DNA from: Nitrospirota bacterium
GTDB taxonomy: Bacteria > Nitrospirota > UBA9217
NCBI GenBank assembly: GCA_963737155.1
Contig: CAVTRN010000002.1
Span: 224,001 to 288,000, forward strand
Reading direction: 5' to 3'
DNA: 64,000 nucleotides
Part shown: piece after piece, positions 8,438 to 17,405 of the stretch
How the letters are laid out: every line of letters begins with the position of its first letter
Position numbering within the stretch: the stretch's first letter is position 1
The notes under the pieces: model-generated
What the model saw: only the letters and a program-made list of their open reading frames with translations
What the model was told of the DNA's origin: nothing
The model's database searches: none
Position numbers and translations under genes: made by a program

Positions 8438-9550
8438 ATGAAAGATTCTATCACAATCGTAGGACTCGATTCAGCAAAAAACTCCATAGCTGTAGCAACG
8501 GCCGAAATTGGCGGCAGCCAAGAGGTTCGCTACTACGGCAAAATCGGCGGCGACATGGCGTCATTGGACAAAATGGTCAGAAAGCTTGAAAGCAAAGGCT
8601 CAGAACTGCACTTCGTCTATGAAGCCGGGCCGTGTGGTTACGAAATATACCGCCATCTAACCAAGAGAGGTTACAAATGCACGGTTGTGGCACCATCGCT
8701 GATTCCCAAGAAAAGCGGCGATCGCGTCAAGACCGATCGTCGTGACGCGCAAAGTCTAGCCAGGCTGTATCGGGCCGGAGAACTGACTCCTGTTTACGTG
8801 CCCCAAGAGGATGATGAAGCCATGAGAGACCTGACCCGATGCCGCGAAGACGCAGTCAAGGCCCATCGCACTGCCCGGCAGAGGTTAGGCGCGATGCTCC
8901 TGCGGCATGGACACCGTTACTCTGGAGAAACCGCATGGACCCAAGCCCACATGCGCTGGTTGTCTGATATCAAGATGCCACACCCTGCACAGCAGATCAC
9001 GCTGCAAGAGTACATCAACACGGTGAAGGAATGCGCAGAGCGTGTGGCCCGGCTTACGGAGCAGATTCAAACGCTTATGCCCACATGCCGAACGGCCCCT
9101 GTTGCACTCGCAATCCAATCGTTACGCGGCATCGCGGATGTAACTGCCGCGACCACCATGGCCGAGATCGGAGACTTGGGACGTTTTGAAAATCCCAAGC
9201 AGCTCATGGGATACCTTGGATTGGTCCCTTCCGAATACTCCAGCGGCGACAGCACCAGACGGGGTGCTATCACCAAAACCGGAAACACCCACGTCAGGCG
9301 CGCATTGATTGAAGCGGCCCAAGCCTACAGTCTGCCGGCCCGAGTGAGCCGGGTAATCCTCAAGCGGCAGGAGGGGCTGCCGAAAAATATCTGTGATATC
9401 TCCTGGAAAGCCCAGGTGCGTCTCTGCGGACGGTTCCGTAAACTCACGGCCAAAGGGAAGCCCAGGAACAAGGTGGTAACCGCCATTGCCAGGGAACTAT
9501 GCGGCTTCATATGGGCAATTGCCCGGGAAGTGAATCTCCAGAGCGCATAA
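8438..9550 (+). CDS. IS110 DEDD recombinase/transposase, 370 aa
   Basis: VGLD, YEAG, KTDRRDA, SSG motifs; AGGAGG before ATG 8438. Confidence 0.95.
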   Translation: MKDSITIVGLDSAKNSIAVATAEIGGSQEVRYYGKIGGDMASLDKMVRKLESKGSELHFVYEAGPCGYEIYRHLTKRGYKCTVVAPSLIPKKSGDRVKTDRRDAQSLARLYRAGELTPVYVPQEDDEAMRDLTRCREDAVKAHRTARQRLGAMLLRHGHRYSGETAWTQAHMRWLSDIKMPHPAQQITLQEYINTVKECAERVARLTEQIQTLMPTCRTAPVALAIQSLRGIADVTAATTMAEIGDLGRFENPKQLMGYLGLVPSEYSSGDSTRRGAITKTGNTHVRRALIEAAQAYSLPARVSRVILKRQEGLPKNICDISWKAQVRLCGRFRKLTAKGKPRNKVVTAIARELCGFIWAIAREVNLQSA

Positions 9551-9829
9551 GAAGATTAACCCAAGAACAAGGCGTCACACAAAACTTGGGGGGGTATCTT
9601 GGCATGGACTGTCTCTGGAAAATCAATCCTGGGGCATTTATGAAAGAAAAAATCAACCCTCAAAGGTAAAAACCGCTCAAATCGTCAACATAGGCGGGAG
9701 CATCGAGCTTTCCAAAGAACAGGATCAAAAACTTGAAGTCACCCGGTAACAATGGCGACTCAAACGACTGAGGCAAAACAAAGGAGGACGCAAGCAAACA
9801 ATAAACAACCTCCAAGGCATAAGCGGGGA

Positions 9830-9995
9830 CGCGGCCACGTTTACGGAGAATCCTCGTCCAAACTATGGAATAAGGCAATGCCGAACTTCCGTTAATAGAG
9901 CGAGGCAGCTCCGCGGCGAAGAAAGGTCTTGCGGTCAAACCCGCGAATATCAGAGTGATCAAACGTCGCACAAGTCGGCCCCGTCCCTCCTTACG
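9830..9995 (+). ncRNA. Putative bridge RNA/seekRNA (boundaries approximate)
   Basis: Contains CCAAACTAT (target match) and ATATCAGA (donor-junction match) inside stem-flanked segments. Confidence 0.7.
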
Positions 9996-10806
9996 CCTTG
10001 GAACATATTGAAACAATGAACCCTTTGAAAAAAAGGGGCAGGAGACTATTTTCCCTATTGACAACTGTCAACCATATCAGTTTGGGACCCGTATCCTGAG
10101 CGACCCGTCGATGCCAAGCGTGCAGGTCTGGTTGCCGGCCGTTTCATCCTTCGATCCCAGACAAAACGACGAAGAGCTTCGGGCAGCCTTCCAATCAGAC
10201 AGCCAGTTATCATGGGATTTATAGCCATTTTCAGAAAGGTTGAACTGCTTGTCGAAAAGTTTCTTTGTCCCAAAGCAAATCCTGATTCGGCCTTTGTCCA
10301 AATCGTATTTCAGCTTTTCCAGTTTCTGCACCGATGAATGGAGCTTCCGTTTTTTGTTATGGACCGCAAAACGGAGAGACTTCACGCTGGTCGTTTTCTC
10401 ATATTCGGACAATTCCGTGTCTTTGCGTATGTCAATGATACTGTTCTCTCTGGTTTTAATCCATTTTCTCGCAGATTTTATTTTGCGCTCGAGCTTTTCA
10501 ATCCGTAGTTTTAATACCTCAACCGCGGAGCTGATATTGCCGTCAAGATCGTAGCGGATAGCGTTAAACTGCCGGGCGGTGATACCATACCTGACAAGAT
10601 ACTCATTTTTGAATGAAATGGGTTTGTTGCCGGAACGAACGCTGTCTTTAAAGAGAGAGCGTTTGATGTGCCCGTATGAGTCGCCGATATCGTCAAGAAC
10701 ATGATAAAGAGACTTCTTTGTGTCCAGGTAAGACATGTCAACCAGCAAAGTTTGAGCGGTAAAAGAAAGTGCTTCACTTTTGCCGCTCTTGGCCTTGTTA
10801 TCCTTA

Positions 10807-11373
10807 TTACTTGCCATTTTCCATGGCCTCCAGAGCTTTTTTTGCTTTATTGGCCGCTGACCGGCGTCCGTAGAGCCTTGCGCAAAACGATGTCAATACT
10901 TCAATCATGTCCTGCACCAGATCGTCCTTACGTTCGGTCTGGTCTACAATAATAAGTTGACGACCTTGAGCTCGAAGTGCCGATTCTACATACTCAGATC
11001 CAAACCGCATAAGCCGGTCACGATGCAAGGCGACAATAATACTGACGTTGGAGTCGGCAAGCAGCTTCATGAGTTTTGGCCTGTGCCCATTAAGACCAGA
11101 TCCAACCTCAGACACCGCTTTTGAAACTGACAACCCTTTGGAAGCGGCATATACGGAAAGCCGCCCGAGCTGCCCGTCCAGGTCTTTCTTTTGGTCATGA
11201 CTGGATACCCGGGCATAAATAGCAACAGAACCTTGGGCAGTTTTCTGCTCTTTTATAATGATGGTTCCGGTAGGCATCTGCTCAGCCTCAACCGGCAGCT
11301 TGCCAGCCTTCCACCATTTCCATGCCGCTTGATAGGTTATACCTTGTTGCTTTGCCCATACGCTTAGCTTCAT
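10807..11373 (-). CDS. tnpA: IS607 serine recombinase TnpA
   Basis: N-terminal HTH, IYARVSS, EVGSGLN, RDRLMRFG, SFCARLYGRRS. Confidence 0.95.
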   Translation of the reverse strand: MKLSVWAKQQGITYQAAWKWWKAGKLPVEAEQMPTGTIIIKEQKTAQGSVAIYARVSSHDQKKDLDGQLGRLSVYAASKGLSVSKAVSEVGSGLNGHRPKLMKLLADSNVSIIVALHRDRLMRFGSEYVESALRAQGRQLIIVDQTERKDDLVQDMIEVLTSFCARLYGRRSAANKAKKALEAMENGK

Positions 11374-11507
11374 AAATACATTATATCATATAAAATTATA
11401 TTATACAATATAAATATTAACAGTATTCCACCCCGGCAAATACTCATGCTGCCGAGGTTGCTCAACATAATCAAGAACTTTACATAACGCTTTTTATGTT
11501 AAGTTTA

Positions 11508-12622
11508 TTAACCGTCTCATAATAGTATTGACATAATCTTGCATCTGTGGTATAGTATTTCTCATGAAGAAAAAAGCAGATGCGAGAAATCTTGACCATA
11601 AAACTCTGACTGAGCTGAGAAAGCGTGCGGTAAATAGTGTCCAGGAAGGACAAAGCCCCGAACTGGTGGCCAAAGCCCTGGGTATAAATCGCGTCACCAT
11701 CTATGGCTGGTTGGCACGATATCGAAACGGGGGCTGGGGTGCTCTTGATGCCAACAAACGAGGCGGCCGCCCGCCAAAAATGGATGCTAAGGCTATAGAG
11801 TGGGTTTATCGTACCGTGACCACGAAAAATCCGCTTCAGTTGAAGTTTACCTATGCCCTGTGGACAGCGAAGATCATTGGGCAGGTAATATATAAGCGAT
11901 TTGGTATGAGATTGAGCAAGGCATCCGTTTGTCGTTTGCTGGGACAGTTGGGATTGACTCCACAGCGTCCTGTTTGGCGTGCCTATCAGCAAAAGCCGGC
12001 AGCGGTTCAGGAATGGCTGGAGAAGGAGTATCCTCGGATACGAAGCATGGCGCGTCGCATGAAGGCTCAAATCTTCTTCGGAGATGAAGCTGGCGTTCGC
12101 TCTGATCATCATGCGGGCACCACTTGGGCCATGAAGGGTGAGACCCCGATTGTGAGCAGCACAGGAGCGCGCTTCGGATTGAATATGATTTCGGCTGTTA
12201 GTGCACAAGGCGAATTTAGGTTCATGGTAGCCAAAGGTCGCGTAGCGTCGCAGCAATTTATTGAATTCATAAAGCGGCTTATTCAAGGCAGCAAACGGAT
12301 GATATTTCTCATCGTTGATGGTCATCCGTCACACAAGTCTCGCAAGGTTTCTAACTATATTGAAACCATTAAGGAAAAGTTTCGTTTGTTCTTTTTACCG
12401 CCGTATTCTCCAGAGCTGAATCCCGATGAGAGAGTCTGGAATGACCTGAAGAACAATGCAGTTGGTCGTCAGGCAATTAGTTCACCGGAACAATTACATG
12501 GTGCAGTAGTCAGTCATTTGAGGTTTATCCAAAAGTCTCCTGATCGTGTGCGTGCTTACTTTAATAACGAGACAACAAAGTATGCGGCATAATTAATGTT
12601 AATACTATTATGAGACGATTAA
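11508..12622 (+). mobile_element. IS630-family insertion sequence
   Basis: 27-bp terminal IR (25/27 match); TA duplication at 11506-11507 and 12623-12624. Confidence 0.9.
11564..12592 (+). CDS. IS630 transposase
   Basis: HTH, FGDEAG, IVDG, LPPYSPELNPDE. Confidence 0.95.
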   Translation: MKKKADARNLDHKTLTELRKRAVNSVQEGQSPELVAKALGINRVTIYGWLARYRNGGWGALDANKRGGRPPKMDAKAIEWVYRTVTTKNPLQLKFTYALWTAKIIGQVIYKRFGMRLSKASVCRLLGQLGLTPQRPVWRAYQQKPAAVQEWLEKEYPRIRSMARRMKAQIFFGDEAGVRSDHHAGTTWAMKGETPIVSSTGARFGLNMISAVSAQGEFRFMVAKGRVASQQFIEFIKRLIQGSKRMIFLIVDGHPSHKSRKVSNYIETIKEKFRLFFLPPYSPELNPDERVWNDLKNNAVGRQAISSPEQLHGAVVSHLRFIQKSPDRVRAYFNNETTKYAA

Positions 12623-12763
12623 TAACATATAAATTACATATGAATGCCGTCGAGTAGGGCACGTTTCACAATCGGCACTCTTTACTTCGGCTATGATTCG
12701 GCACGCCGTTCTGCATCTACAAAGCTTTTTAATACTTATAATTTTATTCACCGTCAACAACCC

Positions 12764-14266
12764 CTAATTTTTTAGAATATCTTCCGCGCAGAACCAGCCG
12801 CTTAACATCGCCCCCGTAAATCCTCCGCCCGGCATGGTCCAGGCCGAGGCGTAATATAACTTTTCGATTGGTGATTTCTGGCGAATCCTTCTTATGCCGG
12901 CCTGGCCGGGAACCTGCGCGAAACCGTATGGCGTACCTTTCGAATTTAAAGTATAGCGTTCAATTGTCCTTGGTGTTCCGACTTCATAGTATTCAATCTG
13001 GCCTTTGATTCCCGGAATCAACTTATCAAGCTTTTCAGTATAAATATTTGCAACTGCGTCTTTTTTCGCTTTATATTCAGCTTCGCTCAATTTATTCCAA
13101 TCGTCGATATAGTCAACCGTGCAAATAGCGCCTACACCCTTGCCTGGCGCTGCCAGCTGTGAATCGATTTGGCTGTAATCGACAAAGACAAAGCCTCTTT
13201 CTTTATAATCAACATGGTAATTTAGATCGTGCAAATCACGCACTCCTGGATTAAATACGAAAGTCGAATAATGCTTGTTTCCCAGTTCTTTGATGGGTTT
13301 TCTAAAAAAGAAGTAAACACTTAGAAGCGAACATGCAATTTCCATTTTATTTATTTTTGCTTTTGCGTTGGCGTTCGATTCTTTCGGCAAAAGATCATTA
13401 AAAACATTAGGGATGGCGGCGTTGGCAATGATATATTTGCCAAAAACATTTATTGGCGTATCCACACTTGATTTTTTGTGATATTCGATGCCGATTGCTG
13501 TATCATTTTCCGTTAAAATTTTAGCCACTTTGTGACTCAACATAATCTTACCGCCATGATCGGCTATATATTTAGCCAGATAATCGGATAGTTTTTGCGA
13601 ACCGCCTTTGATGTAATATCCGCCGGAATAAAAACTGGCTTGGGGGATGGCAAAATAGGAATATGCCAGCGTTTCCGGATTGTCGTGGTAATATCCGACA
13701 TTGGCCGCCAATGCCAGCTTCAACTCATTATTTTTTATGAACCTATCCATAACCTGGGTGACCGTCTTATTCATGGTAAAAATTATGCGCGGGTATAATA
13801 ACGGAAAAAGAGGTAACTGAAGAAGCAGCTTCAGGCCTGGACGCGGCATTCGATTCAATTCGTTGCGAAAACCCATGATTGAGCTAAAAAACTTCTTAAT
13901 GCCTTTTTCTTCTTCAGGAAAATATTCAATCAATATTCGCTCCGCTTCTTTACGGTTATCGGGAATTACAATATCTATCCGGCCATTAGTAAAACGATAA
14001 AATTCAGGCAGTTTGAGAAATTCGATATTTTCAATAATTTTCAAATCCACTAAAACATCTCTTAGCATACCGTCTGCCTCTATGCCGCCGATTTCATGCA
14101 AGCCAACATCCATATTGGAATCGACACGCCTAAAATTGGTCGCGCAACCTCCTGGGATATGGTGCTGTTCTATTAATATAACTTTCTTCCCTTCTTTGGC
14201 TAATTTTGCCCCGGCAACCAGCCCGCCAAGACCGGCTCCAATAATTATTATGTCGTAATTATCCAT
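12764..14266 (-). CDS. Phytoene desaturase-family FAD-dependent oxidoreductase
   Basis: IIIGAGLGGL, EQHHIPGGC, GTPRTIERYT, PGGGFTGA. Confidence 0.85.
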   Translation of the reverse strand: MDNYDIIIIGAGLGGLVAGAKLAKEGKKVILIEQHHIPGGCATNFRRVDSNMDVGLHEIGGIEADGMLRDVLVDLKIIENIEFLKLPEFYRFTNGRIDIVIPDNRKEAERILIEYFPEEEKGIKKFFSSIMGFRNELNRMPRPGLKLLLQLPLFPLLYPRIIFTMNKTVTQVMDRFIKNNELKLALAANVGYYHDNPETLAYSYFAIPQASFYSGGYYIKGGSQKLSDYLAKYIADHGGKIMLSHKVAKILTENDTAIGIEYHKKSSVDTPINVFGKYIIANAAIPNVFNDLLPKESNANAKAKINKMEIACSLLSVYFFFRKPIKELGNKHYSTFVFNPGVRDLHDLNYHVDYKERGFVFVDYSQIDSQLAAPGKGVGAICTVDYIDDWNKLSEAEYKAKKDAVANIYTEKLDKLIPGIKGQIEYYEVGTPRTIERYTLNSKGTPYGFAQVPGQAGIRRIRQKSPIEKLYYASAWTMPGGGFTGAMLSGWFCAEDILKN

Positions 14267-14682
14267 AGTTATCTTTTTAAGAAAATAAATTAAAGATCTT
14301 ATTATTCTTGTTAAATGCGCGGTTTTTAATTCAAGTTACCCAAGACCAGATTTCTGTTTTCTGTTGTACCTAAGCAATCCATCTTATTGTTAGAATATCA
14401 GGTTTATTGAATGTCAATATATCTATTGGTTCCTTTGAGCAATAGCTAGAGTATAGCAGAATGTTCTTTTTTCTGACTGATAATGATGTGTTATAAGTAG
14501 CACATGATTACGCATTTTACAAGTGTGAATAACAGGCAAATCGCCTTCAAAAAAACCTTATAAAATATATTTGACTATTAAAATCGGATAGAGTGTCCAA
14601 GACAGGGTTGCCAATCTTTACCTTGTATTAGCCACGCAGCCGGCGAATACAGGGAACGAAAGGAATCGTTTTGTCGATTACT

Positions 14683-15894
14683 TTATTGCAGTGTGAAGTA
14701 GAAGGTTGCGCCTTTATCCATCTCACTCTCGGCACAAATAAGGCCGCCATGGCGTTGGATTATACGTTGTGCCGTGGCAAGGCCTATGCCAAGACCAGGA
14801 AATTCAGAATCTCTGTGGAATCTTTGAAACGGAGTGAACAGTCTTGTCCCCGCAATCTCCGTGTCGAAGCCGACGCCTTCGTCTTTAACGAAATAGACGG
14901 GCTTATCATCTATCTGCTTGACGCCGAATTCTATTCTTGCGATTGCTTGTTTATCAGTAAATTTAAAAGCGTTGTCGATGAGGTTTTGCATCACAATCCG
15001 AAGCAACTCCGGATCTCCTTCGACGGTCACATTGTCGGCGATTACAAACTCCACGCGCCGATCCGGCTGGCTTTTTATAAGCTCAGCTGCCACAGTTTTA
15101 ACGACTCCCGTCAGATACACTTTCGAGCGGTTCATAACTCCCTGAGAGAAGCGAGACAGGTTAAGCAAAGCAGTAACAAGCTCTTGCATTCTTGCGGAAC
15201 CCTTCTTTACACGACGGACATGCTCCCTGCAATTTTCATTCAAAATATCCGAGCAATCCTCTTCCAACATGCGGATGAAGCCCTCGATGTGCCGCAGTGG
15301 CGTCCTTAGGTCATGAGATACGGTGTAGGCGAATTGCTCGAGTTCCTTATTGGTCCGTTCCAGTTGGCTCTTTGCCTCGAGTAGGTTTCTCTCAGCTTCT
15401 TTGCGCTCAGTGACATCGCGGACGACGGCAAGTATGACCATGTCTTGTTCAGCATGGTCAGGTTGGAGCACCCCGAGAGCTATATCGACCGGGAACTCGC
15501 TTCCATTCTTCTTTCTGCCGTAGAGATCCAGGCCCGTACCCATGGGGCGGACACGTGGTTCAGACATGTAGGTCCGGCGATGTTCCTTATGTTTATCCCT
15601 AAAGCGTTCCGGCAAGAGAACATCGGGATCTGCATTTAATAATTCTTCGCGAGTATAGCCAAACAGCATTTCCGTTCGCTTATTGACTTGAACAATGCGA
15701 CCTTCACGGTTAACAACAACGATCGCATCAGGAGCAAATTCGAAAAGGCCTTCGTACATCGCCTTCGTTTTATTCAGTTCTTCCAAGTACCTTTTTTTAT
15801 CTTCTTCGATTTTCGATAGCTCATCAATTCGTTGGCGTAACTTTATAAGATCATTTATGAGCTGCTCTTTTGTAATATCTCCCTTTATTTCCAT
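14683..15894 (-). CDS. PAS-domain sensor histidine kinase
   Basis: PAS, SHDLRTPL H-box, NLIDNAFKF, DEGVGF, GIGLAT. Confidence 0.9.
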   Translation of the reverse strand: MEIKGDITKEQLINDLIKLRQRIDELSKIEEDKKRYLEELNKTKAMYEGLFEFAPDAIVVVNREGRIVQVNKRTEMLFGYTREELLNADPDVLLPERFRDKHKEHRRTYMSEPRVRPMGTGLDLYGRKKNGSEFPVDIALGVLQPDHAEQDMVILAVVRDVTERKEAERNLLEAKSQLERTNKELEQFAYTVSHDLRTPLRHIEGFIRMLEEDCSDILNENCREHVRRVKKGSARMQELVTALLNLSRFSQGVMNRSKVYLTGVVKTVAAELIKSQPDRRVEFVIADNVTVEGDPELLRIVMQNLIDNAFKFTDKQAIARIEFGVKQIDDKPVYFVKDEGVGFDTEIAGTRLFTPFQRFHRDSEFPGLGIGLATAQRIIQRHGGLICAESEMDKGATFYFTLQ

Positions 15895-16273
15895 AGCTTA
15901 GCACCTTCTCTAAAAAGCTCCTTAAATCACCCTGCAAAGGCTACGCTGCTTGTTCAGTCGCGATTCTTTCCATTATTCATCTATACAATACAAAATCACT
16001 CCTGATTAAGCCTAACACATATATCACAAAAATTCTACACAAATCGGATATTCTTTGTCGGTGGCAGAGAGTTAAAATAAAACGCTTTATCCGTCGCGAG
16101 ATTAGTGATGTGAGCATTTTATGGTTGAGAGGAATTGCAACTCCAATGTGTCAGAAAAAAAACTATTGACTGAAACTATATCATATTAATGCAGGATGTA
16201 AACAGTAACAACCGGGTGCTTTACTTTTGGAGAGGTAAAGAATATAGTCGAGCTTCACACAGCAAGGGGTGAT

Positions 16274-16846
16274 ATGAAACAGATTATATTGATAGTCAGT
16301 TTGCTTTTCGTGATGGTGGGAAGTGCGGTTGCCGGAACTGATTGGAAATTATATGCTCACACATCAGATGGTTATTATCACTTCTTTAATTTAAAAAGCA
16401 CCAAACGTGCGGGTAACATTATGCGTATTTGGATAGAGAAAATAAAATCCTCTGAGATATACGACATTTCTATAAAACATAAAAAGAAAATCCTTGATAA
16501 TATCTTTAGTGAATGGGCTCATCATGGCGTCGATCCAAATAATCTTCTCAATAATGAATGGTTAAAATCAACATTACCTCCAATTAATATAATAAAAGGA
16601 GAAGCAAGTAATGATAGCATATTAGATACGATAGTGGCGGAATATGTAATTAATAATTATGAACCTAAAATAAAATCAAAGTCTTATTACGAGTTTGACT
16701 GCTCCATAAAGTACGTGCGTATGCTTTCGAGAATACTGTTTGACAACACCGGAAAAATAGTAAAGATCATTAACATGCCTACAGATTGGTTTTATTTTCC
16801 TCCTGATTCAATAGGTGACAATTTTCAAACGTATTTATGCAAATAA
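16274..16846 (+). CDS. Exported protein, surface-adhesin E-like
   Basis: Signal peptide; DWKLY, YYEFDC, W..PPDSIG...LCK; AT-rich. Confidence 0.55.
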   Translation: MKQIILIVSLLFVMVGSAVAGTDWKLYAHTSDGYYHFFNLKSTKRAGNIMRIWIEKIKSSEIYDISIKHKKKILDNIFSEWAHHGVDPNNLLNNEWLKSTLPPINIIKGEASNDSILDTIVAEYVINNYEPKIKSKSYYEFDCSIKYVRMLSRILFDNTGKIVKIINMPTDWFYFPPDSIGDNFQTYLCK

Positions 16847-16929
16847 AATGGTTAAGTAGAAAAAGCGGGATTTTGATATAGAACGGGCGTAGTCTTCAGG
16901 GGATAGGTGATTTCTCGGAAGGTGGCAGT

Positions 16930-17126
16930 ATGGAAACAAACATTTTGGAAGTTAACAACGATAGCCTTGAACTCACTCTTATGGACGGTTCACATTGGAG
17001 TGTTGGTCCGAGTGATGTATCAAAAACCTCGTGCTGGTATCCAACACAGCGTATAAGGATAGAGGGCACATTTTAATTAACCGTGATACATCTGGGCCTG
17101 ATAAGGTCAGGGCAACAAGACTTTAA
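16930..17126 (+). pseudogene. Small hypothetical protein, probably frameshifted
   Basis: METNILEV...DGSHWSV...CWYPTQRIRIE, plausibly continuing in another frame as LINRDTSGPDKVRATRL*. Confidence 0.4.
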
Positions 17127-17405
17127 CTGTATCGCGCGCGGGTAGGGTAGTTCCCGAAAGCCTGAAATCCACTTGCCTTTACAATTGTTGCGACTATCAA
17201 GAAGTCCGGTGTGTCAAAAGTTACGGCTGGGATAATTATATTTGCAGAATTTATAGAACATCATGCTTACATCCCGCACGCACAATCCTACCAAGAGGGG
17301 AGATGCTAAAGGGCTCCCATAGTTGAAAAACGATAGAGAACCCGGAAAATTCAGCGTGAGACGATGAGTCAGACTCCACAAGGTTCCGCTCAATCTTTTA
17401 GTTTT

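Larger units (their letters stand above)
8333..10080 (+). mobile_element. IS110-family element with IS1111-type architecture
   Basis: Sub-terminal 14-bp IR ATGGTTGACAGTTG (8338-8351 / 10062-10075); AG core at 8331-8332 and 10079-10080; about 510-bp 3' non-coding region. Confidence 0.9.
7381..10817 (-). pseudogene. tnpB: IS607 TnpB split by IS110; rejoins in frame to 562 aa
   Basis: 5' part ends RIRVPN, 3' part starts YLAKKYG; RuvC-like GVDAN, VAHETLDF, HEAAALAIARR. Confidence 0.9.
7310..11429 (-). mobile_element. IS607-family element (tnpA + tnpB), interrupted by IS110
   Basis: Serine recombinase plus tnpB; GG dinucleotide (minus strand) at both proposed ends (7308-7309, 11428-11429); end positions are inferred. 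Confidence 0.8.
6872..11487 (+). mobile_element. Internally deleted RIT (recombinase-in-trio) element carrying nested IS607 and IS110
   Basis: 27-bp terminal IRs 6872-6898 and 11461-11487 (24/27 match); RitC-like relic inside. Confidence 0.7.

Noticed and set aside
8333-8487. N-terminus of the 368-aa TnpB track ORF
   Set aside because: Read-through from the IS110 left end, not TnpB sequence
11480-12325. 281-aa minus-strand ORF
   Set aside because: Antisense to the IS630 transposase
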